Origin: a virus
DNA length: 64,000 nucleotides
IMG/VR virus record: IMGVR_UViG_3300027131_000001
Direction: 5' to 3' (one strand)
Shown: positions 1 through 9,408 of the stretch, piece after piece
How positions within the stretch are numbered: position 1 is the first letter of the stretch
Layout: every line of letters starts with the position of its first letter
Position numbers and translations under genes: made by a program
The notes under the pieces: model-generated
The model's input: the letters and a program-made list of their open reading frames with translations, nothing else
Database searches by the model: none
What the model was told of the DNA's origin: nothing

Positions 1-1551
1 CAACCAGCGTTGATCGATCTCCATACTCGTTTTAAATACGTCTTTCGTCCAATCATCCATCCAGTCAAGATGTTGAACAGAACCGTCATTAGCAATAATC
101 GAAGACCAAACCTCATCATAATCTACATCGTTCTGTTGTCTAATAATAGCATCTAGCCATCTGTTCTTATTCAAAGAAGATCCGGAAAGAGTATCTTGGC
201 GATAAGCGTTAGCTCTAAATGGCTCAATACTAGGAGAAGTGTTCCCCATGATGATACTAGAAGAAGCATTAGGAGCAATAGCCATAAGATGACTGAAACG
301 AAGACCGGTGCCTTCTGCATCAGGAGCTTCACCTCTTTCGCTACCGAGTTCAGCATTTGCCACATTTAGCTTTTCTCTAATATGTTTAAAGATCTGCTTG
401 TTTCTTCCAACGGCATTTGCTGATTCCCAAGGAATGTTATTCTTTTGCAAGTATGCGTGCCAACCTAGAGCACCAACGCCGATAGAACGCTCACGAGAAG
501 CAGAATAAGTGGCCCTTGCGACATGGACGGGAGCGTTATCGATAAAATACTGAAGGACATTATCAAGAAGCTCAGCAATGTCTTTGAGAAATAGATCATG
601 ATCTTTCCAATCATCGTAGTATTCGAGGTTAACAGAAGACAAACAACAAACTGCAGTACGGTCTCTGTCTGTTGGAAGGATGATCTCAGAGCAAAGGTTA
701 GATTGACGAATCTTCAATCCTCTATCCTTCAACCACTTAGGCATCTTCTCGTTAGAAGTATCAATGAAGTGTAAGTATGGTTCACCAGTTTGCATTCTCA
801 ATTCTAGAATCTGTTGCCAAATATGCTTTGCTGATACTGTATCGCGTACTGTTCCGTCATGCGGATCAACTAGATCCCAACTATCATCAGCTTCTGGATC
901 CAGCATACACTTCTCAACAATTTGCATGAAGTCATCTGTAATATTTATACCGTGATGCAAATTGGGTGCACGCATATTGGGGTCACCAGTTGGCTTCCTC
1001 ATATCTAAAAAGATAGGTAGATCGGGGTGACTAATATCAAGATAAGCAGCATAGGATCCACGTCTTGTACGACCTTGACGATATGCAAGACTGCTGGCAT
1101 CATAGATTCTAAGATGGGGCATCACTCCGGTACTTTTATCATCAGCAGAACGAATTCCAAATCCAATCCCAACACCGCCTCCCAACATACTCAACCAATT
1201 GGTTTCAGAAAGATTATCTACAAGACCGGCTGAGCTGTCGTGCATGTAGTTGAGAAAGCAAGAGATTGGTAAACCCTTTTGTGTTCTTCCGAACGATAGA
1301 ATCGGCGTAGAGAGCGATAACCAGTGTAGACTAGCATAGTCATAGATACGCTGTGCATGAGCTGGATTACTTCCGAATGCACGTGCTACGAACGCAAATC
1401 TCTCCTGTGGTGATGCCTCACTATCCAACATATACGATTCTCTGAGTCGTTTCAGTCCGTGCTCATCAAATAATTTATCATTACCATAATTTAACCTAAT
1501 GTTAAAGTTATTCATTGCTTCTTCGTTTCTAACGACAGACAAGTTTACCAT
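1..1551 (-). CDS. nrdA: Ribonucleotide reductase class I alpha subunit (runs off window start; C-terminus missing)
   Basis: Manual translation from ATG at 1551 (SD AAGGA): ...LSLSTPILSFG...PISCFL...GGGVG...RQGRTRRGSYAAYLDISHPD...GEPY...QSNLCSEI. Absent from the ORF track because it is truncated. Confidence 0.95.
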   Translation of the reverse strand, partial: MVNLSVVRNEEAMNNFNIRLNYGNDKLFDEHGLKRLRESYMLDSEASPQERFAFVARAFGSNPAHAQRIYDYASLHWLSLSTPILSFGRTQKGLPISCFLNYMHDSSAGLVDNLSETNWLSMLGGGVGIGFGIRSADDKSTGVMPHLRIYDASSLAYRQGRTRRGSYAAYLDISHPDLPIFLDMRKPTGDPNMRAPNLHHGINITDDFMQIVEKCMLDPEADDSWDLVDPHDGTVRDTVSAKHIWQQILELRMQTGEPYLHFIDTSNEKMPKWLKDRGLKIRQSNLCSEIILPTDRDRTAVCCLSSVNLEYYDDWKDHDLFLKDIAELLDNVLQYFIDNAPVHVARATYSASRERSIGVGALGWHAYLQKNNIPWESANAVGRNKQIFKHIREKLNVANAELGSERGEAPDAEGTGLRFSHLMAIAPNASSSIIMGNTSPSIEPFRANAYRQDTLSGSSLNKNRWLDAIIRQQNDVDYDEVWSSIIANDGSVQHLDWMDDWTKDVFKTSMEIDQRWL

Positions 1552-1577
1552 TAATTATTCCTTTGTTATTATGTTTA

Positions 1578-2159
1578 TTACTGTGAAAGGTTACTTAGTC
1601 TATCAGTCAGACCTTCGTTTTCGTCAAAAAAGACAGTGTATGTAAATCTGTATTGAGGGCCATATCTTGACTGAGATCTTATTGTGTGAGGAATTCCGCC
1701 ATCAAATAATATAATTCTACCTGGTTTATATACTGATGTAAACAAGACCTCTGTCATCTCTTCGTTGAAGAATAAAGTCTCTCCTGCCCATTCTGGCTTC
1801 CAACTACTGTTTGCATAGTATAATAGAGTTGTATTGACGTGTGTATGAGCAAAGTTTGTGTCTGACGGGTGTGAGCAATTGATTATAAAGTTGTATGGGA
1901 ATTTGTGTGTAATCAACGGGTATACTTCAGATTTTTTGAGTGTTTCGTATAGTTTCAACTCTTCAAACTTATGCAATGATACTTTTGAATGAAAATAACA
2001 ATGTTCTTTATTTTCTATATCATTTGTATCGTTCCATCCTATTTTATATTCAGTCTCCATTGCAAACTGGTATAACGATGCACGAAATGAGGCTTCAAAA
2101 ACATTATCAAAGACAAATATCTTCTTTCCCCGGTCAACGGTAATCTCTTGTTTCTTCAT
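1578..2159 (-). CDS. 2OG-Fe(II) oxygenase (prolyl-hydroxylase-like)
   Basis: AHTH...LLYYANSSWKPEWAGETLF...PGRIILFDGGIPH...RFT double-stranded beta-helix motifs; start trimmed to MKKQEI. Confidence 0.8.
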   Translation of the reverse strand: MKKQEITVDRGKKIFVFDNVFEASFRASLYQFAMETEYKIGWNDTNDIENKEHCYFHSKVSLHKFEELKLYETLKKSEVYPLITHKFPYNFIINCSHPSDTNFAHTHVNTTLLYYANSSWKPEWAGETLFFNEEMTEVLFTSVYKPGRIILFDGGIPHTIRSQSRYGPQYRFTYTVFFDENEGLTDRLSNLSQ

Positions 2160-2166
2160 AGGGGTA

Positions 2167-2859
2167 TTATTTAGATATGAATTCTGACGCCATTGGAAAT
2201 ATTTCCGAGATTGCTTTTGCACAAGCACGTGCTACTTCCATATGCTCTTTTTGTGTTCCATTACTGCTTCTCAATTCAATGTAATGTATCCATGATCTAA
2301 TAGTTCCGTTCATATAAAGGCGTGAAACCGTCATTCCTTCCGGTAAAACTGCTCTTGCCTGCTCTTTTGCTATCCCGTTATCGATCGCCCATTGATACGC
2401 TTCTTTAACAGCGTATAACACGCGTTGCTGAGCACGAATCCATCCCGTATCAAGATTGCGTGAATCAGGATTATCAAGTACCAGCTCTATGCTATTTTGT
2501 CTATTTGATGTGTCTTGGATTCTACATTCTCGTATAACAAACGCATTGTCGAGCTCAGCCGTTGGGTCAGCGTAACGTTGGGAAAATTCCTGAAAAGAAA
2601 AGCTGCGATGTCGAAGGATTTGTCTTGCGATATCTCTTGTAGTTGTGATTTCGATACAGGCGGAGGCCATTTCGAACGGACTCCAGTGCTTGTGCTTTGC
2701 AAGATATCTAATGAGTCGTTCTGACGTTTCATTATTTGATTGATTGTTTGGGTTTGATACCCTTGCGCAGTAGCTGATGAGATCTTGTACATCTTTACAG
2801 TATACCTCTTCTTCTGTTGAAATAGCCGGCTTAGAATAACTTATCAACTTCACTTCCAT
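2167..2859 (-). CDS. thyX: FAD-dependent thymidylate synthase
   Basis: HWSPFE, RQILRHRSFSFQEFSQRY signature, ARAVLP. Confidence 0.95.
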   Translation of the reverse strand: MEVKLISYSKPAISTEEEVYCKDVQDLISYCARVSNPNNQSNNETSERLIRYLAKHKHWSPFEMASACIEITTTRDIARQILRHRSFSFQEFSQRYADPTAELDNAFVIRECRIQDTSNRQNSIELVLDNPDSRNLDTGWIRAQQRVLYAVKEAYQWAIDNGIAKEQARAVLPEGMTVSRLYMNGTIRSWIHYIELRSSNGTQKEHMEVARACAKAISEIFPMASEFISK

Positions 2860-3113
2860 ACATCTTCTTTCCATTTTTCTGTTTGTTCAAATCTTTGCTC
2901 CTGAATTGTTTTTTCATTCCAAACTTTTCTAGGATTAGCACACATGAAGCATTTCGGGTCACCACAAGAGATGACACTTCGTTTAAGGAGCTTATGTGGC
3001 TCTTTACACGGGATACTGAATGCTTTAGAGAGCTTTACTTGCTTCTTTATCTTGTTTTCTTTTTGCTGGATACGTTCTTGGTGTTTGCTTTTGTCATTTA
3101 ACATTTCTTCCAT
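2850..3113 (-). CDS. Hypothetical protein with CxxxxCxxC motif
   Basis: ORF fills the gap between primase and thyX; SCGDPKCFMCANPRK. Confidence 0.65.
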   Translation of the reverse strand: MEEMLNDKSKHQERIQQKENKIKKQVKLSKAFSIPCKEPHKLLKRSVISCGDPKCFMCANPRKVWNEKTIQEQRFEQTEKWKEDVWK

Positions 3114-4129
3114 TGTGTTATCCTTAATTTAGCTTCTAAACCACAGACAGTATTACAATCGATTACTAGCTTAACATCTTCCGGCTTCATTCCCGCCAAG
3201 ACCATCTCATTGATATCTTTTTGCTCAATGTGGGACGGCCATATGCATACATTATACCCTAAATCGATTGCCTTTTCAACGATGTTGCATATATCAATAT
3301 TCTTCGGCTCATTGTCTAGTACGATCACAAACCTAGACGGATCATCAATCACTCTCTTCAACCCGTTAAGGTTATTGGAGGACCCCATTGCAAGTGCATT
3401 TGGTAAGAACAATGAATCAAGAGGACCTTCTGTTACATAGATCTTTTCCTTCTTATCAATTGTATCCAATCCAAATATGAAAGGCTTATCGGTATCTACG
3501 TGAATGCTGATGTATCTTAACTTAGTCTGCCCGAATGCACGTCCCTGAAACCCTATCAATGACCCGTCCATATCAACATAAGGAATCACCAGCCTTGCCT
3601 CATCAAAATCAGTACTCTCAAACTTATCAGGAATGATCGTGTTGACCCATTTCTTAAATTTTAGTGAAAGGAATAGTCTGAAGTGATGTTTGGTTGGGAT
3701 CTTTCTTGAGTTGACATACCTCTTTGCAGGGTTATCATGTTCTAATGATGATATCTTTTTCAGTTTCTTGAATGCTTCTTCGCGGAGGTATTTAGGGAAC
3801 CTGATCCGGGTAATATCCGGTTCGCGAGCGCTAACACCCACTTGAGTAGACAAATATTTTTCTGCAAGTCTTTCCTTTTGATACTCATCGTGTAGCTGAG
3901 GATCAATTACTTTTATGAAGGAGGAAAGGTTCAATGAAGCATGACAATTATGACAATAGTAAGTCGTCTGGTTATTCTTGGTTAGAATAAAGCCACGTGC
4001 TTTTCTTTTGTTTGTTTGCGAGTCACCGCAGATGATACACCGGAAATTAAAAGTCCCATCGCTCGTTTTCTTGAACAATGGGAGCCTTGATGAGATGAGC
4101 CCGATATATTTGTAATCAATTGGTAGCAT
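3098..4129 (-). CDS. DNA primase (T4 gp61-like)
   Basis: Zn ribbon RCIICGDS...YCHNC; TOPRIM motifs VTEGPLDSLF, LDNEP, KDINEM. Confidence 0.95.
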   Translation of the reverse strand: MLPIDYKYIGLISSRLPLFKKTSDGTFNFRCIICGDSQTNKRKARGFILTKNNQTTYYCHNCHASLNLSSFIKVIDPQLHDEYQKERLAEKYLSTQVGVSAREPDITRIRFPKYLREEAFKKLKKISSLEHDNPAKRYVNSRKIPTKHHFRLFLSLKFKKWVNTIIPDKFESTDFDEARLVIPYVDMDGSLIGFQGRAFGQTKLRYISIHVDTDKPFIFGLDTIDKKEKIYVTEGPLDSLFLPNALAMGSSNNLNGLKRVIDDPSRFVIVLDNEPKNIDICNIVEKAIDLGYNVCIWPSHIEQKDINEMVLAGMKPEDVKLVIDCNTVCGLEAKLRITQWKKC

Positions 4130-4153
4130 ATAGATCCTCTAAGACACAAGAGG

Positions 4154-4182
4154 ATTATATACTGTTACTGATTAGTAGTCAA
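4154..4182 (-). promoter_or_regulatory. Sigma70-type promoter upstream of primase
   Basis: TTGACT-17 nt-TATAAT. Confidence 0.8.
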
Positions 4183-4487
4183 CCGCCAAATATCTTTAAT
4201 ATTTTATCTGAGTGTCCAGCAAAGAATCCACCAGCAGCAATTACACCGGCAAACGACCATACCAATCTATCTCTTTGACTTTTGATATAGGAGATCTCTT
4301 TTGCAAGAGAGGTGTGCTGATCACAAGATGCTTGATACATCTCTTCCAGTTTTGCAGTAAGTCCGTCACGGGTCTTATCGAGGCAATCATGCATCTCCTT
4401 AACATCTACCTTGAGCTCGTCAAGTTTCTCGTTAAGGTTTTCGACTTTGGTCTCTACAACGCCGATTCGTTCTACTGTAGTAGCCAT
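4179..4487 (-). CDS. Coiled-coil protein with C-terminal TM helix (lysis-associated, holin/XhlA-like candidate)
   Basis: Heptad-rich N-terminus; hydrophobic LVWSFAGVIAAGGFFAG; last gene of the lysis block. Confidence 0.55.
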   Translation of the reverse strand: MATTVERIGVVETKVENLNEKLDELKVDVKEMHDCLDKTRDGLTAKLEEMYQASCDQHTSLAKEISYIKSQRDRLVWSFAGVIAAGGFFAGHSDKILKIFGG

Positions 4488-4488
4488 G

Positions 4489-4698
4489 TTACTTTTTCTT
4501 TTCGGGAACAGCAGTGCCATCTAGCTTCTTGTGTACTTTGATCATTTTACACTGTTGGGCTGGCTTGCTAGTCTTCTTATCGATGACCACATTACCGGCT
4601 TTATCCAGCTTGTCTTTGCACACCTCTTTCATCTCACCACCAGCAAAGGCAGTCAAAGAAGAAAGAGATAGAATGAAGGCAATTGATAGATTTTTCAT
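4489..4698 (-). CDS. Small secreted protein with two Cys
   Basis: Signal peptide ending AFA; EVC...QQC. Confidence 0.6.
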   Translation of the reverse strand: MKNLSIAFILSLSSLTAFAGGEMKEVCKDKLDKAGNVVIDKKTSKPAQQCKMIKVHKKLDGTAVPEKKK

Positions 4699-4730
4699 GG
4701 AAGATCCTTTACTTACTTCGGTTTTCTTAT

Positions 4731-5201
4731 TTAGATTTCTGGTTGTGGCGCGGGAGCTGGGGCTGGCTTGCCACCGAATCCTGTAACAACCTGAGGTGTA
4801 GGCATATCAAATCCACCACCAAAAGAAGGTGAAGAATCAAAACTTGGTTCGACTTGTGATCTCTGTGATCTTGTGGGAGTAGAAGGAGGTGTAGGAGGCT
4901 TGTCCCATCCTTTATTAGCTGCTTCTAATGCCTTTGCTTGAGCTTCTGGTGTACTTGCTAGCATGATACCAGACAATGTACCAGTCAGAAATGTTGCAAT
5001 AGGAATAATCAATTCAAAGAACTTATTATCAACAGGACTGATTGCATCAAGTGGTTGTGTAACAAAGATTAAACTGTACAACACAACAAATACAATACCG
5101 AACAATGTCAATGCAAGAACAATACCTACAAAGAACTTTAAACGGTCCATCAGTTCTGTACCTGTATAACGTGGTGAATCGACAAATAGATCTCTAATCA
5201 T
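4731..5201 (-). CDS. Two-TM membrane protein with Pro-rich tail
   Basis: Two hydrophobic helices followed by a low-complexity P/S/T tail. Confidence 0.65.
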   Translation of the reverse strand: MIRDLFVDSPRYTGTELMDRLKFFVGIVLALTLFGIVFVVLYSLIFVTQPLDAISPVDNKFFELIIPIATFLTGTLSGIMLASTPEAQAKALEAANKGWDKPPTPPSTPTRSQRSQVEPSFDSSPSFGGGFDMPTPQVVTGFGGKPAPAPAPQPEI

Positions 5202-5419
5202 TTACAATCTCCCTTTTTTTCAACTTTAACTTCAGGTGCAGGTGTACTTATTCTCTTATCTGTTTTGATAAGGATGTCAGGACACGTGCGTGTAATTTCA
5301 CATGCAGGTTTTTGACATTGTGGGCTATTCCAATTTGCTGAATCTTGACATTCATATCTGAATCTATCACCACATCCAGCTAAACATAACAAAGCAATTA
5401 ATATTATTTTTGTTTTCAT
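5198..5419 (-). CDS. Small Cys-rich lipoprotein
   Basis: Lipobox LAGC; RYECQD...CQKPACEITRTCP. Confidence 0.65.
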   Translation of the reverse strand: MKTKIILIALLCLAGCGDRFRYECQDSANWNSPQCQKPACEITRTCPDILIKTDKRISTPAPEVKVEKKGDCK

Positions 5420-5431
5420 TGCTTTACTTTC

Positions 5432-5647
5432 TTATTTTTTAGGTGCAAAGGCCTCTGTAACAGTAAACCCTAAACCACCAATTACAATATACATCATACT
5501 TTGATATATTGTTACATCCATTGTCATGCTCCAAAACAAGTTAGAGATGAATGCGGTGCAACACATTAAAAAAGCAAGAAAGGTAATTGTTCTTTTGCTA
5601 CTTAATTCACCAGTTCCATCACCAAGCATGCTTCTTAAAAAAGACAT
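5432..5647 (-). CDS. Two-TM holin candidate
   Basis: 71 aa, SSKR followed by 2 TM helices, adjacent to the endolysin. Confidence 0.55.
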   Translation of the reverse strand: MSFLRSMLGDGTGELSSKRTITFLAFLMCCTAFISNLFWSMTMDVTIYQSMMYIVIGGLGFTVTEAFAPKK

Positions 5648-5648
5648 A

Positions 5649-6272
5649 TTATGCTCCTAGTACGTGTAGGGCATGTTCATAATGTTTAATTCTATCCTCA
5701 AGTCCAATTGTACCACCATTGATACGCTTAGTTAATGTTACAATATCACCTTTATCAGCCCATTGGTTTAAGTTATTTGTTTCCCAGAACCAACATGCAG
5801 ACTGTGCTGCACCTTCAAATGTTGCAAGATACTCAGAAGCTTCGTCTGGAGTAATTTCTAATGAATCAGCAAAAGCAGTATAGTTTGACTTACCAGTCAA
5901 TTGGATCAATCCACGACCACAATACTTATATCCATCTCCAGACGCTTCGTCTCCGTTACCCATACGACTTGCATAGATTCTATTTGCAATTGCTTCTTGT
6001 TTGTTTGGCTTAGATGCATACTCGTTTGCAATATCATCGTTATGAAAATACTTACCAAACAACTTACGAAGCGAGGCTGCTTTGTAGTTTAGATTCTCTT
6101 TAAGAACCATGAATCCACCAGACTCATGTGCGCACTGAGCAACAAAAGCAGCTATTCTCTTTGGTGCATTAATTTCGTAGTCCGGTAACAACAGAGACAG
6201 CGCTTGGTGCCAGTTATCTATATACGGGTTCTTTGGAAGTAATTCTTTGAGTTGTTGTTTTGTTAGTTCCAT
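5649..6272 (-). CDS. Endolysin, glycoside hydrolase family 19
   Basis: AQCAHESGG, ENLNY, GRGLIQLTG, TKRINGG. Confidence 0.92.
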   Translation of the reverse strand: MELTKQQLKELLPKNPYIDNWHQALSLLLPDYEINAPKRIAAFVAQCAHESGGFMVLKENLNYKAASLRKLFGKYFHNDDIANEYASKPNKQEAIANRIYASRMGNGDEASGDGYKYCGRGLIQLTGKSNYTAFADSLEITPDEASEYLATFEGAAQSACWFWETNNLNQWADKGDIVTLTKRINGGTIGLEDRIKHYEHALHVLGA

Positions 6273-6281
6273 ATCAGTTCC

Positions 6282-6788
6282 TTATAGTGTTATTGGTAAA
6301 AATAACCAAAATCCTTGCAGCATCAATAATATAGAGAAGATACCGGTGCCAATACTTATCCAGTACATTCTTATGCTAAAAGATAGCATAGCAGCAGCCA
6401 TTATAACAATTGCGATTTGTAACAGAGCGTTGGCAAAAGTATACCAAGGAGCTCTAAGCTCACAAACTGCTCTATTAGCTTCAATTGCTCTTGCCTTTGC
6501 CATTAATTCTTTCTTACCCTCACCACTCTTTGGATCGCTTTCGTAGCGTTCAATTTTAGCAGCTAACTGTCTGATCTTTTCAGGATCCTTAGCATCTTCT
6601 AATCGCATCTCAGTCAAAGTCTGTTTAATTGACTTTGCTTGGTAGAATGCCCATACGTTATTTGCTTCGATTGTATCAGAAAGAATTTGTGATGAGTTAC
6701 CACCGTCAAGAATAGAATTTAAAGCAAGGATTGCTGCAAATAATGTAATAATCCAACCAGCTCTCTCTTTAAACTTTGAAAGTATCAT
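6282..6788 (-). CDS. DUF4337-like membrane protein
   Basis: ANNVWAFYQAKSIKQ motif; 1 N-terminal plus 2 C-terminal TM helices. Confidence 0.7.
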   Translation of the reverse strand: MILSKFKERAGWIITLFAAILALNSILDGGNSSQILSDTIEANNVWAFYQAKSIKQTLTEMRLEDAKDPEKIRQLAAKIERYESDPKSGEGKKELMAKARAIEANRAVCELRAPWYTFANALLQIAIVIMAAAMLSFSIRMYWISIGTGIFSILLMLQGFWLFLPITL

Positions 6789-6802
6789 AATAATCTCCTT
6801 GT

Positions 6803-7237
6803 TTAGTTACACCAAGATTGTTTTGCGTCTCCGTAGTATTCCCGTGCAAGACCATTGCTGATTAATCCAGCACGAACACTTTGGCCGTTAACAAGAATAT
6901 CACCTAGCACACGGCCACCAAATTTATCCCACCCATAAAGAGTAGCTTGAATCTTGCCGCCCTTTGCAATCATATTGTAAGTAAATTTACTAGCTAGCTG
7001 TGCTCGCTCATCCTCTTGAGGACATTGAGCTCTATGACCTTTTTCAGGAGTATCAACTCCGTAAATTCTAACTGCAAGCTCAGGCTTCAACGGTGCTGGC
7101 AAGAACGGGGCAGAGATTACAATTGTATCTCCATCACTCACTCTTAGCACTTGTGCATCGTATGTCACGCCAGTTGGTTGTTTTGCTGCAAATGCCAACA
7201 GAGGCAAAGCAAGTATCAGCAGTAGTATCTTTTTCAT
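6803..7237 (-). CDS. Secreted thermonuclease (SNase-like)
   Basis: Signal peptide; VSDGDT, VRIYGVDTPE, DKFGGRVLG, GLAREY. Confidence 0.9.
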   Translation of the reverse strand: MKKILLLILALPLLAFAAKQPTGVTYDAQVLRVSDGDTIVISAPFLPAPLKPELAVRIYGVDTPEKGHRAQCPQEDERAQLASKFTYNMIAKGGKIQATLYGWDKFGGRVLGDILVNGQSVRAGLISNGLAREYYGDAKQSWCN

Positions 7238-7238
7238 T

Positions 7239-7517
7239 TTATTTCTTTGAGTTATGTTTTACTAACGAGTCCCATCCAGCCTGGAACCAATCAATCCCGA
7301 ACGGGTTGAATAGCTTCTCACCGTGAGTACCAATTACCTTCTCCATTAATAACATTGATGTGGTTTCATTTGTCTTTAGTGCTTGCTTAACAAATATAGA
7401 TTGAGCATCGACGTACTGGTTCCATGCCTGACTAAGTTCAGGATGTTTCATAAACTTCTTAATAAATTGTTTTTTGCCGTGTTGAATTGTATCAACAAGT
7501 ACTTCAGGGTTTGTCAT
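7239..7517 (-). CDS. Hypothetical protein
   Basis: ORF tightly coupled to both neighbours. Confidence 0.6.
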   Translation of the reverse strand: MTNPEVLVDTIQHGKKQFIKKFMKHPELSQAWNQYVDAQSIFVKQALKTNETTSMLLMEKVIGTHGEKLFNPFGIDWFQAGWDSLVKHNSKK

Positions 7518-7798
7518 TTTACACTTTCAAATATTTGTTTCTGGGTACCGTACCATTCAATCCATGATTCATTCTGGATTGAACACTCATGGTATTTTGT
7601 ATAGTTATTAGTCACGTTTTTTGCCACGTCGGACAACTTTGCTTCTTTTTCTAATTTTTCTAGCTGAGGACATAGTTGCATTAACCTTTCAGGTACTTGT
7701 GGAAACTTTGCAGTTACTGGAACTGTAGTACTACATCCAGTTGCTAAGAATGCAAGTATAATCAATATTAATAACACAAAGCATTTAACTAAATTCAT
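7514..7798 (-). CDS. o-spanin (Rz1-like lipoprotein)
   Basis: Lipobox ATGC, Pro-rich segment, two further Cys; follows the i-spanin. Confidence 0.75.
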   Translation of the reverse strand: MNLVKCFVLLILIILAFLATGCSTTVPVTAKFPQVPERLMQLCPQLEKLEKEAKLSDVAKNVTNNYTKYHECSIQNESWIEWYGTQKQIFESVK

Positions 7799-8223
7799 TT
7801 TGACTGCTCCGCTGCATCATTTAGTGTCTTAACAAAATCTTCTGGTATCTCACATCTGTCATTGTATTTGACTATTTCTTTGTCAATATACTTAACAATC
7901 TCTTCACCCTTGATTCTTACAATCTCTGTCTTCTTAACTATTTTTGTTACAATCTTAACATTCTCTTCTGCAGACTTTACTTCTGCAGCTGCTACCTTTT
8001 GTTCCATCTCTGCAACTCTATCTCTCCATGCCTGATCATTCCATGCTGCACCCAACATGAAAGTTGAACCCACAATAGCTACCACAGATACAATTTGGAT
8101 TGGAGTCTTGTACATATAGACAAACGGAATGAACTTCATCAAGTATGAAGCAATCAATCCACCTATACCAGCCAGTAAGATGAAATGGAATATCCAATCA
8201 GGAAGGAAGTTTAGTATCCACAT
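7795..8223 (-). CDS. i-spanin (Rz-like)
   Basis: N-terminal TM helices, coiled coil, C-terminal Cys. Confidence 0.7.
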   Translation of the reverse strand: MWILNFLPDWIFHFILLAGIGGLIASYLMKFIPFVYMYKTPIQIVSVVAIVGSTFMLGAAWNDQAWRDRVAEMEQKVAAAEVKSAEENVKIVTKIVKKTEIVRIKGEEIVKYIDKEIVKYNDRCEIPEDFVKTLNDAAEQSK

Positions 8224-8734
8224 ACGGTTTCTTTCTTCTTAACATATTTTTAGCTTTAGGAATCAATAAAGGATCGAATCCCTTTACATTACCACTACCA
8301 ACATTATTGGCAGGGACTTCACCTTCTTCTGTTAATTGTGTATATACTTTCATGAACTGAGTCTCAAAATATACTTCGTTCATTAACAAATCACTCTTGT
8401 GCTCTTTAATTAATAGGTACGAAGCAACAGACGAACCAAGGATAGAGTTACCACCTGGAATCTTTGCTAGTAATTTTTTGAGATTGTTTGTCAGTATATC
8501 AAAGTAACCCCATGCAGCCTTCTCTTGGTCTGTCTTTAGAGTACTTTTCTTTTTGAGAACCTTGCCGCTCTTATCAATGATACCCAGCTTGTAGGCATCC
8601 GACTTCTCAAACGGAACAACAATACGCTTGAGGAACTGGTAGGTCAAGAACATATCCATCATCGGATTCTTAGTCAACGACGGGACGTTCTTTATGTTTG
8701 AAGGAAAATTAGCTTGACTGTTTGGTTTGTTCAT
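8198..8734 (-). CDS. Conserved T4-like phage hypothetical protein
   Basis: TYQFLKRIVVPFEKSDAYKLGIID motif recognised from T4-like phages. Confidence 0.65.
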   Translation of the reverse strand: MNKPNSQANFPSNIKNVPSLTKNPMMDMFLTYQFLKRIVVPFEKSDAYKLGIIDKSGKVLKKKSTLKTDQEKAAWGYFDILTNNLKKLLAKIPGGNSILGSSVASYLLIKEHKSDLLMNEVYFETQFMKVYTQLTEEGEVPANNVGSGNVKGFDPLLIPKAKNMLRRKKPYVDTKLPS

Positions 8735-9122
8735 TTATTGCTCTTAATTTAGTTACAATACCCTCATCCATAATTATGTGTGAGGTGATTATGTTTCTTC
8801 CCTCAACATTATATATGACATCAGGCAAATAATTAAGAAGCAACAAAAACGGCTTAAGATACTTACCGTATCCATCCATCTTTAAAAATAATAATCTAGT
8901 TGTTGCATCAACACCAAACACATTGTATATGATTGTAAGATGATTGAGAACCAGTCGTTCATTCAGCTCACCAGTCTCCTCATATCTACTAAACAGTTTC
9001 TTTAGATACTTGAACCTACTTAGATCCTCATAAAACTCTATTGTATCAAAGAAGTGAGGATTGTCATAATGTTTAGCAGCATATAGTAGGGCATTCGCCT
9101 CGTTCAAGTCATCAATGTTCAT
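8709..9122 (-). CDS. Conserved T4-like phage hypothetical protein
   Basis: LYAAKHYDNP...EFYEDLSRFKYLKKL...ERLVLNH. Confidence 0.7.
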   Translation of the reverse strand: MNIDDLNEANALLYAAKHYDNPHFFDTIEFYEDLSRFKYLKKLFSRYEETGELNERLVLNHLTIIYNVFGVDATTRLLFLKMDGYGKYLKPFLLLLNYLPDVIYNVEGRNIITSHIIMDEGIVTKLRAINEQTKQSS

Positions 9123-9123
9123 A

Positions 9124-9408
9124 TTAGAAACTACTTAGTGCAATCCTTTTCAGTGTATTGTTTGCTGTTGCAACATACAAGTAGGAAGTATCAAACATCA
9201 ATGTACCTTTTTTAACAGTTATTGTACTGTTAGCGGGTGTCGAATTATAAATCACTACGTTAGCTGCAGCATTACCAAGTAAATTACCTACAGTGACGTA
9301 CTTGGTCACAGGAGTACCTGTTGGATCATCTACAATCACCAACAGGTCTACTGCAACCGGAGCTGTAAGTGCAGTCAGCTCCGTTATCTTTTTAGCACGA
9401 TCACTCAT
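9124..9408 (-). CDS. Putative virion structural protein
   Basis: KITELTAL...YLYVATANNTLKRIAL, motifs typical of fibre/structural proteins. Confidence 0.55.
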   Translation of the reverse strand: MSDRAKKITELTALTAPVAVDLLVIVDDPTGTPVTKYVTVGNLLGNAAANVVIYNSTPANSTITVKKGTLMFDTSYLYVATANNTLKRIALSSF

